DNA of 64,000 bases from Hormiphora californensis (GCA_020137815.1 CM035353.1:2542001-2606000), one strand, 5' to 3'. Counted from the stretch's first letter, positions 1 through 29,378 are shown. The notes: generated from the sequence alone by a model not told the origin. Numbers and translations: made by a program.

Positions 1-527
1 ATTTTTTGGTCACACTTTCGTTGCGAGGGGCAAAAGTGGGGCGCGCGATTTGAAGTTTGCGGAGTAGTGAGTAACATGCGCGTCCACAAACTATTGAAAA
101 TTTATGAGGCGTGCGCGGCTGTAAACTGTAACGCGCGGCAAAATTTGTTTTATATCGGCCGCGCGTTTTTGGGGAAAATGGAGAAAGTGAAAAAATGTTT
201 TGCGTTTTTTTCTAAAGTTCGAAAAACACAAATCCCCATTTTGCGGACAGCTTAATGGCGAGTTGAATGGCAAATCGAAGAGGGCAGGGAAACGTAGCAT
301 TATGGATAAATAATGCAAATAATTCTTGTTCACAAAAGGAGTTCAGAAATGCTTAAAATCGTTTAAAAACGCCTCAAAATGTCCGAAATTTTCGGGGGGC
401 TTCGCCCCCTCTACCCCCACCGGGGCTTGCAGCCCCTGGACCCTGCCTGCGGGGGCTCTGCCCCCTACACCCCCGCCGGGGCTGCGCCCAGGGACTTGCT
501 GGGCCGAAGGCCCAGCGCCGTCCCTGT
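1..527. mobile_element. Probable right end of a DNA transposon (GC-rich subterminal repeats, ends ...GCCGTCCCTG)
   Basis: Repeated GGGGC..CGCCCC/GCCCC subterminal motifs at 393-520 end in CCCTG (hAT-like CAGGG terminus on the minus strand). The other end is outside the window. Confidence 0.35.
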
Positions 528-671
528 TTGGCGGTTAGAGTCATTTTAGTGAATCAACTTTTTTGGCAGCGCGCACCTGTAAACAGGCCACCAAACACCC
601 AGATCGTAACGGCGCCCGTTTTTTGCTCGCGAGACCCTTTTGGAATGCGCTGCAGCCCCCTCATGCGTGCA

Positions 672-1090
672 CCCCCTTATGGCCAAATCACACCTGATGG
701 ATTTCCAGCACTCGAAATCCAACAGAGCACAAATCACACTACTTTGACATGCGCTGCAGACCCCCTAGTGCACGCGTTTCCCACGGCTTCAATTCCATTG
801 GGGACTGCAGCGTAGACCAACACACTACTGCTGGATTAGTGTATCGCCTGTTTTGACTCTCTCTAACGTTATCGCGTCTCTCTCACTCTCTCCATTCTTT
901 GTGTGGATTTCGTGCGCGTGCCCGGGCACACCATTTTTCAATGTTTGGAGGGTGTGAGAGAGACGCGATAACGTTAGAGAGAGTCAAAACAGGCGATACA
1001 CCAATCCAGCAGTAGTAGTAGTGTGATTTGTGCTTTGTTGGATTTCGAGTGCTGGAAATCCATCAGGTGTGATTTGGCCCTTATAAGGGG
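672..1090. mobile_element. MITE/foldback element with nested inverted repeats
   Basis: ~681-743 is the reverse complement of ~1017-1079, and ~822-885 is the reverse complement of ~953-1020. Confidence 0.6.
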
Positions 1091-1210
1091 CCTGCAGCGT
1101 ATGCCAAGAGACCCTTGAAAAGCGCGGGGAAAGTTAAAATCTGGGTGCCTTCCGGCTTCCATTGCTAACAATTAATCAATTTTGGCGTTCGAGACTGGTT
1201 AGGGTTTTGT

Positions 1211-2212
1211 TTGGGGTTATCGATTAGTGCCATACATAACCCCAAGATAAATCAACTAATCGAAATATCCGTTGATGACTTTGTTTTGGGAGTTGAACGA
1301 CTGCATTGGGTTACTGTTCCCGAACAACAGACAAGTATCACACCCGACAATGTTAGTCAGTGCTATAATTCCATCAAATTTGCACCTGCGAGGGCTTTTA
1401 CCCCTGATCGCTCGGACCCACCCGAATATCACATGAGGACATTCTTCAAACATCGTCTGAAGGACCTTACTCCAAATCAAGTTATTGATGTCATTACTCA
1501 ACTCGTTATTTCCAGTGCTAAACTTGATCAAGCAGCTATGAACAATTTGAATACCGTAATCACTGCAGAAACTAGAGAAGCAACGATCTCTGTGTGTAAA
1601 GAAGAGCTTGAGCGAAATCGTGTCTTGGTGATTGAACTGCAACAAACGGTCATCAATGCTCAGAAAGAACAACTCAGTGGAAACAACAACTCAGTGGAAA
1701 CTTCAGTGCAGAAGGTGAAAGCCTACTCGACAGTCATAGCTTAAAATTATGCTGCAGCCTCCCCTGTGGCGAAAAAGGTACAAACTCCTCCTAAGCCACC
1801 AACTTCTAAGCCTCCTCCTGCTACAGTAGCACCCCAGGCAAATCGAGAGAAAAAACTTGGTAATACATATTTGGGCTCCCAGAATCAACTGAGAATACTG
1901 ATAGAACCAATCTGGAAGAGCTATTTGAAGAACTGGACGAAAAACCGAAAGTTGCTAACATAAAGCGTAATCGTGAGAGAAACGAGAAACGCCCTAGGCC
2001 GCTCTTGGTATCTCTTGAGAAGAGAGCGACCCTTTTGGCGCTGCTGAAGAAGGCACGGCAGCTCATAGAATCCAAAAAACACTCGACCGTATATATCTGT
2101 TACCGGATCTTAACCCCTCCCAACTAAAGGAGCAAAAAGCTCTGCTGGCCACCTTGAAACGGGTTTGTACAGATGATCCAGACGGTAATTATTACATCAA
2201 AAACAATGTGAT
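1211..2212 (+). pseudogene. Degenerate LINE ORF1-like remnant (coiled coil plus C-terminal RRM-like region)
   Basis: ORF 1211-1744 ends in a coiled-coil stretch (KEELERNRVLVIELQQTVINAQKEQL). Frame-shifted continuations include KRPRPLLVSL and DLxPSQLKEQKALLATLK...YYIKNNVI, typical of CR1/L2-type ORF1 C-termini. Stops and frameshifts are present. Confidence 0.5.
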
Positions 2213-2995
2213 TGATTGATTGATTGTTTGATTGAAATAAGGTTAATTTCCTATATCGGGGGAAAGCATCCTGTCCCTAAATCGGGGTGCCGCTAAATCG
2301 GGGACCTCACTATGAGAGAAGAAATATACGAAGACGAGACACTCAATCTAAACAAACTTACAAAACTAACAAAGAGAAGCAATCAATTCCACTAAAGATG
2401 GGGAGGAACGGAGCTTGATTAAACTCAACAAGGATCGGCGGGGACGCTATACCTGCAGGGGCTAGAACCCCTTGCTCCGTGAACCCAGACGGTATATACT
2501 GGTGCAATAAACCAGAGGGTAAAAGTGCCAAAAATGAACGGAACCTCAGTCCGAGGCCGATTTCTTCCTTTCCAAACGCTACATCTCTTATAAAGGGAAC
2601 CCCCGTTATGAGTGAAAGCCAAGACCTACGTACAATTAAAGTACGCGGGTGAAAACCTTTAGCATCATGTTTTTTGATCCAGAGGTCATGGAGTGGTACG
2701 CTCCGAATCCGGGGAAATGACGCTTCGTATCACGTTCCCGGAAACGAAAGCTGATCGTTCTGGGATACATATCTATGAATCTCGATCTCATCTTCGGATT
2801 GATGATCTGGTCTCGCTGGACCATAAAGCAGCCATGGGTTTGGAAGTGGGAGGCACAAACAATAACAACAACTGGGATAATGGTATATATTGTTTTATTT
2901 AGTTTCAATAGTAAAGTATGTACATTATATATTATGTTTATAGCATTTGTAATACACTGATATATTCCTAAACCTATATTCCTAAACCCATAGGC

Positions 2996-18553
<15,558 letters not shown>

Positions 18554-18852
18554 AATGGGACAATTTAGGAATGCAGTACTGCGAGAGACGTTTTTTGTTA
18601 GTATCTCAATACGGAAATGGTATTAAGACGAAGAATTATAAACTGCACCTGATTTTTTCTCTAATTTGTGAAAATGTAAATATGTTGTTCAGCTCAGTTG
18701 TTTCAAACAAGATCCGCAATTTTATTGGTATTTGGTATCATACTATGTTTGTTAATAATCTATGTTTATAGATTATTATAGATGCATCTGAATCTCTCTA
18801 CTATCTCTACTATCTGAATCTCCATGGAGATTCAGATAGAGAGATTCAGATA

Positions 18853-20968
18853 TTGGTGACATTGACACCTAGTGCGTGCGAGATCGAGCTCGCACATAGG
18901 TGTCCGCTCCGCCCCCTAAAAAAGGGTCGTGTCTTTCAAGCCAAATTGCACGTGATCCACTGGACCGATTTGCATCCGGTTTGTCGCAAAAGACTACAAA
19001 TTGGTCCTAGTTTACTGGAAAATACCCGAGAAGTTTGTCTGTCAACAGAAAGAGGGTCAAAATTGACACTGAAGTCAAATCTGTAATCTGGCTTCTGAGC
19101 CTTTTTGCACCACTCCCAGACGGTTTAGAATGAATCTGAGGGTATCAGAAGATAGGTTGAACTCTTGTGAGTACTAGAAAATACCCGGCTAATTGCATCA
19201 ACATATCTCCCAATATCTTCTAAATCGTGCAGAATCTCTCGGAAGCCAGAATATAGATTTGACTTCAGTGTCAATTTTGACCCACTTCCTGTTGACAGAC
19301 AAACTTCTCGGGTATTTTCCAGTATATTAGGATCATTTGTAGTCTTTTGCGACAAACCGGATGCAAATCGGTCCAGTGGATCGCGTGCAACATCCCTTGA
19401 AAGAAACGACCCCCTTTTTGGGGCGGAGCAGACACCTGTGTGTGAGCTCAATCTTGGTCGCGCACGGTGTCTACAGTGTAGACACCGTGCGCGACCAAGA
19501 TGTAGACTCTACACGGCGTGCCCCAGAGTAGTTTAACATTTGTTTGAGTGACCACCTCCAATTCCGGTTGTAACTGGTCGGGAAGACCTCCCTGAAGGTC
19601 GTGGTGGTGCGGGAAAAATCATGTATACCCGCTGCGGCTTCAGAAAATTGAGAAAAAGATAGCTATCTTTATTTCCACTTTGAAAATAAGATGTTTTTTA
19701 TTTAAAGATCATTGATAGGTAAAATACGGTTGTCCCCCACCTATTTTTTGACGTAGAATCGAATGCCGTTGAAGTCAAATCTTTAAAATGTCGGCAAAAT
19801 GGAGAAAATCGCGTTTTTAGGTGTTTTTTGGTGAAAAAAGCGTTCAAACTGGTAATTGATGATGAGATAGAGTCCCAAAAATATCACAACTCGATTTTTC
19901 GGGTCTTTTTCGACCTAGGAGCAGAGTTTCATGAAAATCTGGTACAACGCCTATTCTCCGTTTGCATTCAAAGAAGGTGAATATTGCTCTAATTTAGCCA
20001 ATTTCGAAGAAAATGCGTCCAAAATGATACTAGTTGACAGGATAGAGTCCCAAAAACTTTAAAAATATTAATTTTAGGCATTTTCTACTCAATAAACAAA
20101 TGGACTTGGTCGTCGGATGATATTTATTATCTCAGTAGGCCTCTGAAGTAGGTGGAATTGGCCACAATGTAGCGATGGTGGTAAATGAATGTAAATAAAA
20201 GTGGGCTTCTGGATTATGCAAGAGCCACTCTTCAACTTAGCAGGTGCTAAAGTGGGTTTGATAAACGTTTATTCACATTCATTTGCCACAGTCGCTACAT
20301 TGTGACTATTTCCACCTACTTTAGAGGCCTACCGAGATAATAAATATCATCCGACCACCATGTCCATTTGTTTCTAGGGTATCAAATGCCTAAAATTAAT
20401 ATTTTTAAAGTTTTTGGGACTCTATCCTGTCAACTAGTATCATTTTGGACGCATTTTCTTCGAAATTGGCTAAATTAGAGCGATATTCACCTTCTTTGAA
20501 TGCAAACGGAGAATAGGCGTTGTACCAGATTTTCATGAAACTCTGCTCCTATGACGAAAAAGACCCGAAAAATCGAGTTGTGATATTTTTGGGACTCTAT
20601 CTTATCATCTACTACCAGTTTGAACGCTTTTTTCACCAAAAAACACCTAAAAACGCGATTTTCTCCATTTTGCCGACATTTTAGAGATTTGACTTCAACG
20701 GCATTCGATTCTACGTCAAAAAATAGGTGGGGGACAACCGTATCTTACCTATCAATGATCTTTAAATAAAAAACGTCTTATTTTCAAAGTGGAAATAAAG
20801 ATAGCTATCTTTTTCTCAATTTTCTGAAGCCGCAGCGGGTCTACATGATTTTTCCCGCACCACCACGACCTTCAGGGAGGTCTTCCCGATCAGTTACAAC
20901 CGGAATTGGAGGTGGTCACTCAAACAAATGTTAAACTACTCTGGGGCACGCCGTGTCTATGTCACCAA
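18853..20968. mobile_element. Mutator-like foldback MITE (TIR TTGGTGACAT.GACACC) with 9-bp TSD ATTCAGATA, interrupted by a second element
   Basis: ATTCAGATA at 18844-18852 and 20969-20977. Internal long inverted arms at ~18880-19100 and ~19240-19460. Confidence 0.8.
19512..20955. mobile_element. 1.44-kb foldback non-autonomous DNA transposon with CAC...GTG ends and a 4-bp TCTA duplication (Chapaev/CMC-like)
   Basis: Near-perfect ~700-bp arms from CACGGCGTGCCCCAGAGTAG to CTACTCTGGGGCACGCCGTG, with TCTA on both sides. The superfamily call is inferred from the CAC/GTG ends and 4-bp TSD. Confidence 0.75.
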
Positions 20969-21288
20969 ATTCAGATAGAGATCACAGAGGGAGATAGAGA
21001 GTAAAGAAATCTATATTTCTCTGAGGGCGAGGGAGAGAGAGAGAGAAGAGAGAGACGAGAGAGAGAGAGAGAGAGAGGGAGCGAGAGAGCGGGCAACAAA
21101 CGATAAGAGAGCGAGAGAGAGAGAGGAGAGAGAGCGAGAGCGAAGAGAGCGAGTAGAGGAGAGAGAGCGGGAAAAAGGCAGCTAGAGACGAGAAAATAGT
21201 CTATAGCGAGAGAGAGACGAGAGGAGCGCAGCTAGAGTAGAGCAGAGATCAGCTTCTCGCTCTCTCTCTCGAGCGCTTTCGCTCATCT

Positions 21289-21362
<74 letters not shown>

Positions 21363-22568
21363 CTCCCCCAAAAGCAATATCTGCAATTATAGAAATAGTC
21401 TCCAATACACAAAGATTCTATCTGCCCCGATGGTGTCAAAACATAATACATACTTTCACTATTATACCCATGGCCATGCAGCTTTAGATATGACGTTCTC
21501 CTATAAGCATTCTGGATACAGTAAATCTTCCACGTCTGGAATTTGTAACAAAACTCGGAGGACGTCTGATAATGGATGTATGACTCAGTATAATAGCTAT
21601 AGGTAGGTGCAGAAAACACTGTGAAAACGTGTTTTTTGTTTCTGTCAGACAGAATTTGTCTGGTGGAGCGAGTTTGGGAATTTTGGAATCGTTGTCCGTT
21701 ACATACTGCTGGGTAAAATTAGGGCTCGATTGGGTAGGGCGCGTGGTATGGGGGGGGGGGGGGGTGGACAACTTCTGAACAAGGGGTGTACTAAAGGACA
21801 TGGTTTGAGGACAGTTTATAATGAGTTTTCATAATCATATTGAGGTCCCAGCTGGTGGGGTCGTATTGGTAATGAAATCCAATTATATTATAGGGGCGAC
21901 TTAGTGACTACTGCAAGGGGTGCAGTTCTCTCAGCTCACACGGATCTTTAATATCCGGCAATATATGTTTCAGATGTGCCAAACAAAGAGAGAATCACCA
22001 ACTATAGGGGGCCGGGGATCCGATACATTGTTTGAGAGCTGATTATCTGAACCTCGAGTTGATTGTGTGTCACTAGGTTTGGACGGAAACTGGAGCTGCT
22101 TCCTGTAGCTCACAAAGCTTCATGTGACATGTCTGGCTCTCTCCAGTTTGGAACTTTTATCTCCCGTGATCTGTTTCGGTGAGTCTTGTTCAATTGTTGT
22201 GTAGATATAATCCCATAATCAAACGAAAGAGCTATAATTAACTGTTCTTTGTCCTTCATAAACTACAATCAGTCCTAGCCTCTACAGGAATAGATCACGT
22301 TCCACTAACAGTGCTCTTATATCGGGATTCGGGAACCCGAGAGCCGGAAAACAAAGAGAAACAAGGTTACTTCAGATTCAATCTGAAGTAACCTTGTTTC
22401 TCTTCGTTTTCCTAGCCTCTATATATTCCCAGACCATGTTTAGATCAAGTTGGTCCATGTTTGATACATGTTTGACTACCGAGAAACATATGCACATTGT
22501 ACATGTTTCTCGGTAGTCATGTATGTTTGTCATTTGCAGTCAATATCTGAATGTGTGTCCATGTTTGT

Positions 22569-22627
22569 TTGGTGACATAGACACCTGTGAGCTCAATCTC
22601 GGTCGCGCCAGGTGTCTATGTCACCAA
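22569..22627. mobile_element. 59-bp minimal Mutator-like MITE (same family as 18853-20968)
   Basis: TTGGTGACATAGACACCTG...CAGGTGTCTATGTCACCAA with 9-bp TSD CATGTTTGT. Confidence 0.8.
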
Positions 22628-23439
22628 CATGTTTGTTGGTGTTTCGGCTCGTTTGTCAGTTGTGTTAATAAACCTGTCATGTGTTAATAAACCTGAGTAT
22701 GTTCAATGAACAATGAACATTGTTCATTGTTCACCGCGCTACAGTATTGTTAGACACTGCAGTCTGAGTTACCACTCTCGTCTTCTCCTCCACACGTTCT
22801 CCGTCTCCAATCCAGGGCGTAGGCAGGTTCCCAGCATTGTCTCCTATTATCAATAGATTATCTAGATAATAGAGAATGAGATAGATCCTGAGCTTTAGTC
22901 TGAGATCCAACCTTAGTCTAGCAATGTGGCTAACTGAGAGATTGGTGACTAAATGAGACCCGAGACTCAGCTCTGCAATATAGAAAACCGCCCCCCCCCC
23001 CCCAGAAAACCCCGGTCCCCGCATCTGAGAGATGAGTTCTGCACGAGACTGAGTAGAGAGAAAGAGAGAGAGAGATAGTATATCCGTATTTATGAGTATG
23101 ACCTAGCCAGTTTGGCAGTTTGAGATAATTTTTGAGCCCATGGGTTGCCGAGGAAACTAAGCGTTTCCTTTAAAAGCTCCTGTGTAGTATTAGCAGGCCC
23201 ATTTTGCTAGAATAGGGAACCTAGTAACAAGTAACAACAGTAACATTATGGCAAATTCTGGAACCCTTTAAATTGATCCACCACTCTGCACACTCTTTTA
23301 AACCTGTCCGACCAATGCTCTGACAGTTTTAGATGATGGTTTTTATTAAAACTTAAGGTCAAAGACTTTGTTTGTTATATGGAGCTCCTTGATATTGATG
23401 TGTCTAACCTTCTAAGCTTAGTCTATAGCTAGTCTATAA

Positions 23440-25594
23440 CTGAAACAACAAACACCAAGAACTTGGCAGATGATTTCTCCCAGTTCTTTAGTTCCAAAGT
23501 GGAAAAAATTCGAACCCAAGTCAATGAGGAGCAGAAGCAAGCTGGCGACTTTGAGGAACCCGGAAAAGCCTGTCATTCAACATGGAAGGAATTCAAAGAG
23601 ATATCGGAGGAGGAACTTGTTAAGGTGGTGAAGTCTATGTCAAGCAAACATTGTGACCTTGATCCGTTGCCCACTTGGGTAGTAAAGGAGTGCATTAGGG
23701 ATCTTGCTCCGGTATTAACATCGATGGTAAACCAATCTCTACATCAGTCTACAGTTGCGGAATCTCTCCAGAAAGCTATCGTGTTTCCTACCATCAAGAA
23801 TCTGTACGGAGATAGGGAAGCTCTCAGTAACTACCGTCCTGTCTCAAATATCCCATTCCTTTCTAAGCTCCTAGAAAAGGTGGTGCTCACGCAGCTGAAT
23901 GAGTACCTTGAAAGCAATTCACTTCTGGGCAAGCATCAATCCGGTTATCGTGCTGGTCACAGTTGCGAAACTCTGTTAGCCAGCATGTTTGATGATGTAT
24001 TAGGTGAGATGGATAAAGGAAATGTTGTTGCTCTGATCTGTTTGGACATGAGTGCCGCATTTGATACGGTGGATCATGAAAAGTTGTTGGAGGTGTTGCA
24101 GAAACGGTTTGGAGTGGATGGTGATCCTCTTCAATGGTTTAAGAGCTACCTGAGTTCCAGATCTTTTAGAGTCTCGGTTGGTGATTGTCTCTCGGATACC
24201 CTGGCCTTACTCTGTGGAGTGCCCCAGGGGTCTCTTCTTGGTCCTATTTTGTTTTCTACTTTACATTGAAGCTGTGCAAGATATTGTGGAACCATATGGA
24301 CTCCGGATAAAGTTATATGCAGACGACTCCCAGCTCTATGTGAGTCTGGTTCCTACGGATTCTACTGGCTGGTCTAGGACGAAGGTGGATATTGAGGAGT
24401 GTCTGGCGAAGGTGAAGCGGTGGATGGTGGGGCAGTGGTTGAAGTGTAATGAGGCCAAAACGGAATTCATCCTGCTTGGAAAGCGCAGTTCTTTGAGTAA
24501 AATCTCTTTCGATCCAGTCATCAACTTTGGAGGAACGGAAATCTTCCCCAGTGAATGTAGTGGAGCAGATGGGAAAACCTTGGGAATACTCTTGGACCAC
24601 AATCTTAATCTTGAACGACAGGTTAACAATGTGAGGAAACAGTGTGGGCTGATACTACGGAATCTTTGGCAGTTACACAGATGTTTTGATATTCAAACGA
24701 AGATAATGCTGGTCAAACAATTGATTATATCGAGGATTGATTACAGTAATATTCTGTACTGTGGACTTCCGGCCCGAGTTTCTTGGTGGGGCTCCAGAAA
24801 ACACTAAACTCCTGTGTACGCTTTATATTCAACATCCATGGGCATCAAGAGGATTACTCGGAATACTTCAGGCAGTGTCATATTTTACCCATCTCCTACA
24901 GACTGGACTTCAAAGCCTGTCTAATCGCTTATAAGATAGTCTATGGAACGGCACCAGGTTACCTCCAGGAAATGGTTCCTCTGATAAAAGCTGGGGAGTC
25001 TCCAGGACAACAAGGATGACTAGTGTTATTGATCCTTACAGATTAAAACACCCCAAGATGACCAGTATCAACGCCAATTCTAAATTGAGACGTAGGAGAC
25101 TATCAGTATTTCTGCCTGCTATTTGGAATGAGCTACCCCTCGAGTTAAGGTCGATCCCCAACGTTGATACCTTTAAAGCTCGCCTGAAAACACATCTCTT
25201 CGTTGGTGCATTTGGAGTGGGTGATGGGGAACCCATGGCTGAGTTGTAATGTTTGTTGTAGTTGTGGGGTCTGCGGGCAATCAGTGTCATCCTCTCTCTG
25301 GGCATGTTATTAAATCACTATCTGGTATCCTTTTTTTGAGCAGGTGTGAGTATAGCGTGTTTAAAATTATATCTACAGGTTTATGGGACCAGTTATTCCC
25401 CCAGTTTGATAAGTCCAGTTAATTTGGTTTTCCATATATTGTCTTTTTCAACCAGAATTGTTCGTGTGCGATATTTTTACTCTAGGATATACCGCTCTGA
25501 TGACTCGTCGGAACATCGCCAATATTTTGACATGTTTCCGTCGGGTATGGGCGGTATATAAGCGCGGAATATTATTATTATTATTATTATTATT
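23440..25594 (+). mobile_element. 5'-truncated copy of the intronic CR1/L2-group LINE (RT, 3'UTR, (TTA)n tail)
   Basis: Almost identical to the reverse complement of ~6330-8475. Three single-base frameshifts near 24255, 24780 and 24982. Confidence 0.92.
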
Positions 25595-25671
25595 ACGATG
25601 GACTCGGATAGATCTTTTAAATGTTATTCAAGCACTAGGTGACTGCTCTACTGCAGATGGATAGATCTTTA

Positions 25672-25755
<84 letters not shown>

Positions 25756-25780
25756 CCTCTCTTTCTCTCGCTAATTCCTA

Positions 25781-25813
<33 letters not shown>

Positions 25814-25833
25814 AGTCTCTCTCTCTCTCTCCC

Positions 25834-25891
<58 letters not shown>

Positions 25892-26427
25892 TATCCCTCT
25901 CCCTCTCCCTCTCTCTCCCTCTCTCGATCCTTCTATCTTAAATCGTTTTACACTCTCCAGTCTGGCAGTCCACCCACAAGTTTGGTGTGGGTTAGTTAGA
26001 TCATCTCCAACGCGTTCAGCAGGGGGAGAGGTCCACATTTAGTAACATACTTATATAGCTCCAGTATAACGGTTAAATCGTTCTCTAAAACATAGTGATA
26101 ACCTGCTCAAACCAAGCAATGCCTATACGGCGTATATAAATCCACCCAAGTCTCAGCCTGTGTTCTAGTTTGGTCTCCCCCGTCCCCAAATTATATATTA
26201 CAACTTTGTGTTAGCTGCGTATTTTGGTTGCAGTGCTGAGTGCATGCGCATAGATCTATGAGAATGATTATGGAAATTATTTAAAGATGCAAACTTGAAA
26301 CTCATTCATAGTCAAATCGAATACAGTGTAAAATTTGGTAATGAAATTACCCATCCGCGCTATAATAGCTCTAATTGCTATATTCCAATCTAGGGACTAT
26401 AAAAATGTCAAACTCAAATAGCACAAC

Positions 26428-26537
<110 letters not shown>

Positions 26538-27682
26538 CTCTCCGTACTGTCTGTGTCTCTACAATCCCTCTACATTGTGTTGCCTGTGTGCATCAATCCC
26601 TTGGTCAGTAGAGGTGCACTGGAATTGGACCTTACCCGGATATGATAGAGTATAGCAGGGACAGACCGAATCAGGAAATACTGGTCCCTGATTGGCTGAT
26701 AACCAGTCACGTGACCTAAATAAGGAGTTCTGATTGGTTGTTTACTTGTTGATAGAGTATAGTTGACTCAGGTGCAAGCAAACAACCTCTGAAGGGAAGA
26801 TAGAGAGAGAGGGAGAGGACAGAGATGGAGAGGACAGAGAGGGCGAGGACAGAGAGGGAGAGAGAGACGGAGAGAGTGAGAGAGAGAGGGGGAGACAGAG
26901 AGAGGGAGACAGAGAGAGGGAGACAGATATAGGGAGAGAGATCATAGAGATAGAGAGTGAGAGAGAGAGAGAGAGTGAGAGGCAGAGAGATGGAGAGAAA
27001 ATCAATCTTGGGGCAGTGTGTCACTTTTTCTCACAGTCTCTTCAGCTTCTTGCTTGTTTGTTTCCCTTGCTTTTCTAATTTAACTGTTAGTGTTATGAAA
27101 TGAAATCATATCAATTTCCAACTTAAATCATGTTTCCGTATCAAATGACCGGTTATTAGTTTTAGCACTTATAGCTATTATAACTGTTATAGTGATGTGA
27201 TTGTGATCAGATATATTAGATTGTACGCCAGGTACACCATATTGCAGTTCTGTAGAATCCCTATCATGGGGGAAACAGTCGTGCCTAAAGTCGTGTCTTT
27301 CAATACTTAGAACTTTCGAAAATCAAGTGAATAGCCGCCACTGAAACCTGTGATATAAGGTCCCAGTGGAAAATATCCGTGGCCTGGACCTGATCTCGAC
27401 GACTGTCGTTCAAAAGTTCTAAATATTTACAGGTTTTTGGTTTAGATAGACAAGAGATCCGCTAGTATTTCGTCGCTTGTCAGGCACTGACTGTACATTG
27501 CGCACCCCGCAAGTACTCTTCGGTGCGAAGAGGACGGTCTTATATGAGACAATCCGTCGCGTTATCGCGGTCTTTCCTCGCGACTATAACAAGCTAACCC
27601 ATCTACCAATTTGTGGTTTTACCTTCTTTTTCCCGCGGCGTAGATCACCGCCAATCATCATTTCCTGATAAACAGTGTTTCA

Positions 27683-27764
<82 letters not shown>

Positions 27765-28877
27765 TCTCTGGTTTCCTTTTCCCACAAACCTTCAGCCTAT
27801 CTGTTCGCCACAAACGGCCGATACCACTAAATCATTCCTCTCTCCCTCTCTGCGCTATATAACCCGCAAACCAACCACTCCCAACAAGTACAACCTCATC
27901 TTTTTATTTGTCCATATAAAATTGCACGTTCTACTCTATTGCAATTGGTACGTGCAATTACCCCAATATATATTTAATAAATGCAGTGCGACCCAATTTC
28001 CTCTAGCTCCCCGACCACTAGCACCACAACTTGGTTCCGTATAAAAGCTGAGAGATACTTGTTCTAAACAGCACAATCCATTAATTGTGCTGTGAGCTGT
28101 AGCTTAGTGGTGGATTTAATTGTGGTTATAGTGATTCGTCACGCACTCGGATCGAATGGACCTGTTTTTCGCCGCGTTTGTTGCCATTATCGGCGAAGAT
28201 TGGATTTAATTGTGGTTAGTGATTCACCACGCACTCGAATCAGCTTTTTGGTCACTGATCACTTAATCTAACGGTTCTGATGGCGGAGTTTGGTCTTGCC
28301 GGGCGAATCTACATTTTGCACGTAGAGTAGAACTTCCAAAATGTTTAAGAGATTTTGTGTTACCAATTGAGTCATCAACTACAGCTGCAGTCTCGGTTAT
28401 TTACCAGAATACTTATCAATTTTAGCAAACAAAACATGCTTACTTGGGCCATACAACTTATTTCAATTATCTGGTTAAGGACTTAGGAGTTGAACCCGCC
28501 TGATACATAGCTACCCCTTAAATTTTTAAGACTTAAATTTTAGCCGAACGAAGCCAAGGGGCACCATTCTGTTCTCTTTCACACAATTGTGATTGGGATA
28601 ATCAATAATCAGTACATCATGGCCTGGGAGTCACCGCGTCATACCGCTCTAAGAGCTTGGTAGAACGTCGGCTTAGTATCACCAAACCCAACCTACCAAA
28701 CCCAATCCTACCAAGTACCCGCCAATCCGCCTGATAAATTATTTTCTTGCTTGTCCCCCGATTTCATGTTAAAATGAACAAAATTGAACAAAACTCTGTA
28801 ATTACAGGGTTTTGTTCATGTTCTCTCTCACTCATACGTGTCACTCATACGTGTGTCACTCAAACGTATCATTTCGA

Positions 28878-29170
28878 TGGCAGGGCGACGTGTAGTGGCC
28901 AGTACACTCGCCTCCCATGCATTAGGTCGATCCTGGACCCTGGTCTAGCGCATGTCGTCTAGTCCACCAAGCTATGATTGGTAGCTGGGCTCTCTTGAGA
29001 GACCCGAAAGCAACACGAGTGCGTTATATGTTGTGGGGTGGGGCCTGCAACTACGCTGCAGAGAAATCTGTACCGGAAGGACCGTGACTGAACGTTATTG
29101 AAAGGGATAATGGATATATCAGCATGCCCCCGGCACTGGACTTATCCTAGCCGGCCTGCTTTGCTTTGCA
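28878..29170 (+). mobile_element. Probable tRNA-derived SINE
   Basis: A-box-like GTGTAGTGG (~28889), B-box-like GGTCGATCC (~28925), conserved-core-like GTCCACCAAGCTATGATTGGTAGC, and a short (GCTTT) repeat tail. Confidence 0.45.
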
Positions 29171-29378
29171 TACGTATCTCTTAATTGGTTACAAAGTTAC
29201 CCCTTGCCAGCCCGGCGACCTGAGTGTGAGGTGTCTTCGATACCAAATCTCTTGAGAGATCTCGTTGAATTCATGTTTATCTTTTGAGTCGTTCAAAATT
29301 TGTGGTTTTACCTTCTTTTTCCCTCGGCGTAGATCACCGCCAATCATCATTTCCTGATAAAGTGATAAACAGTTTTTC

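Noticed and set aside
2684-2902. Possible exon/ORF upstream of DNAI7
   Set aside because: No recognisable domain and no linked exons could be established.
21182-21801. Tyr-rich minus-strand ORFs
   Set aside because: No motif, they run into a (GA)n tract, and there is no consistent exon chain.
25496-25520. CTGATGA as a hammerhead ribozyme core or C/D box
   Set aside because: No stem II-GAAA-stem III arrangement follows. The motif lies within the LINE 3' hairpin.
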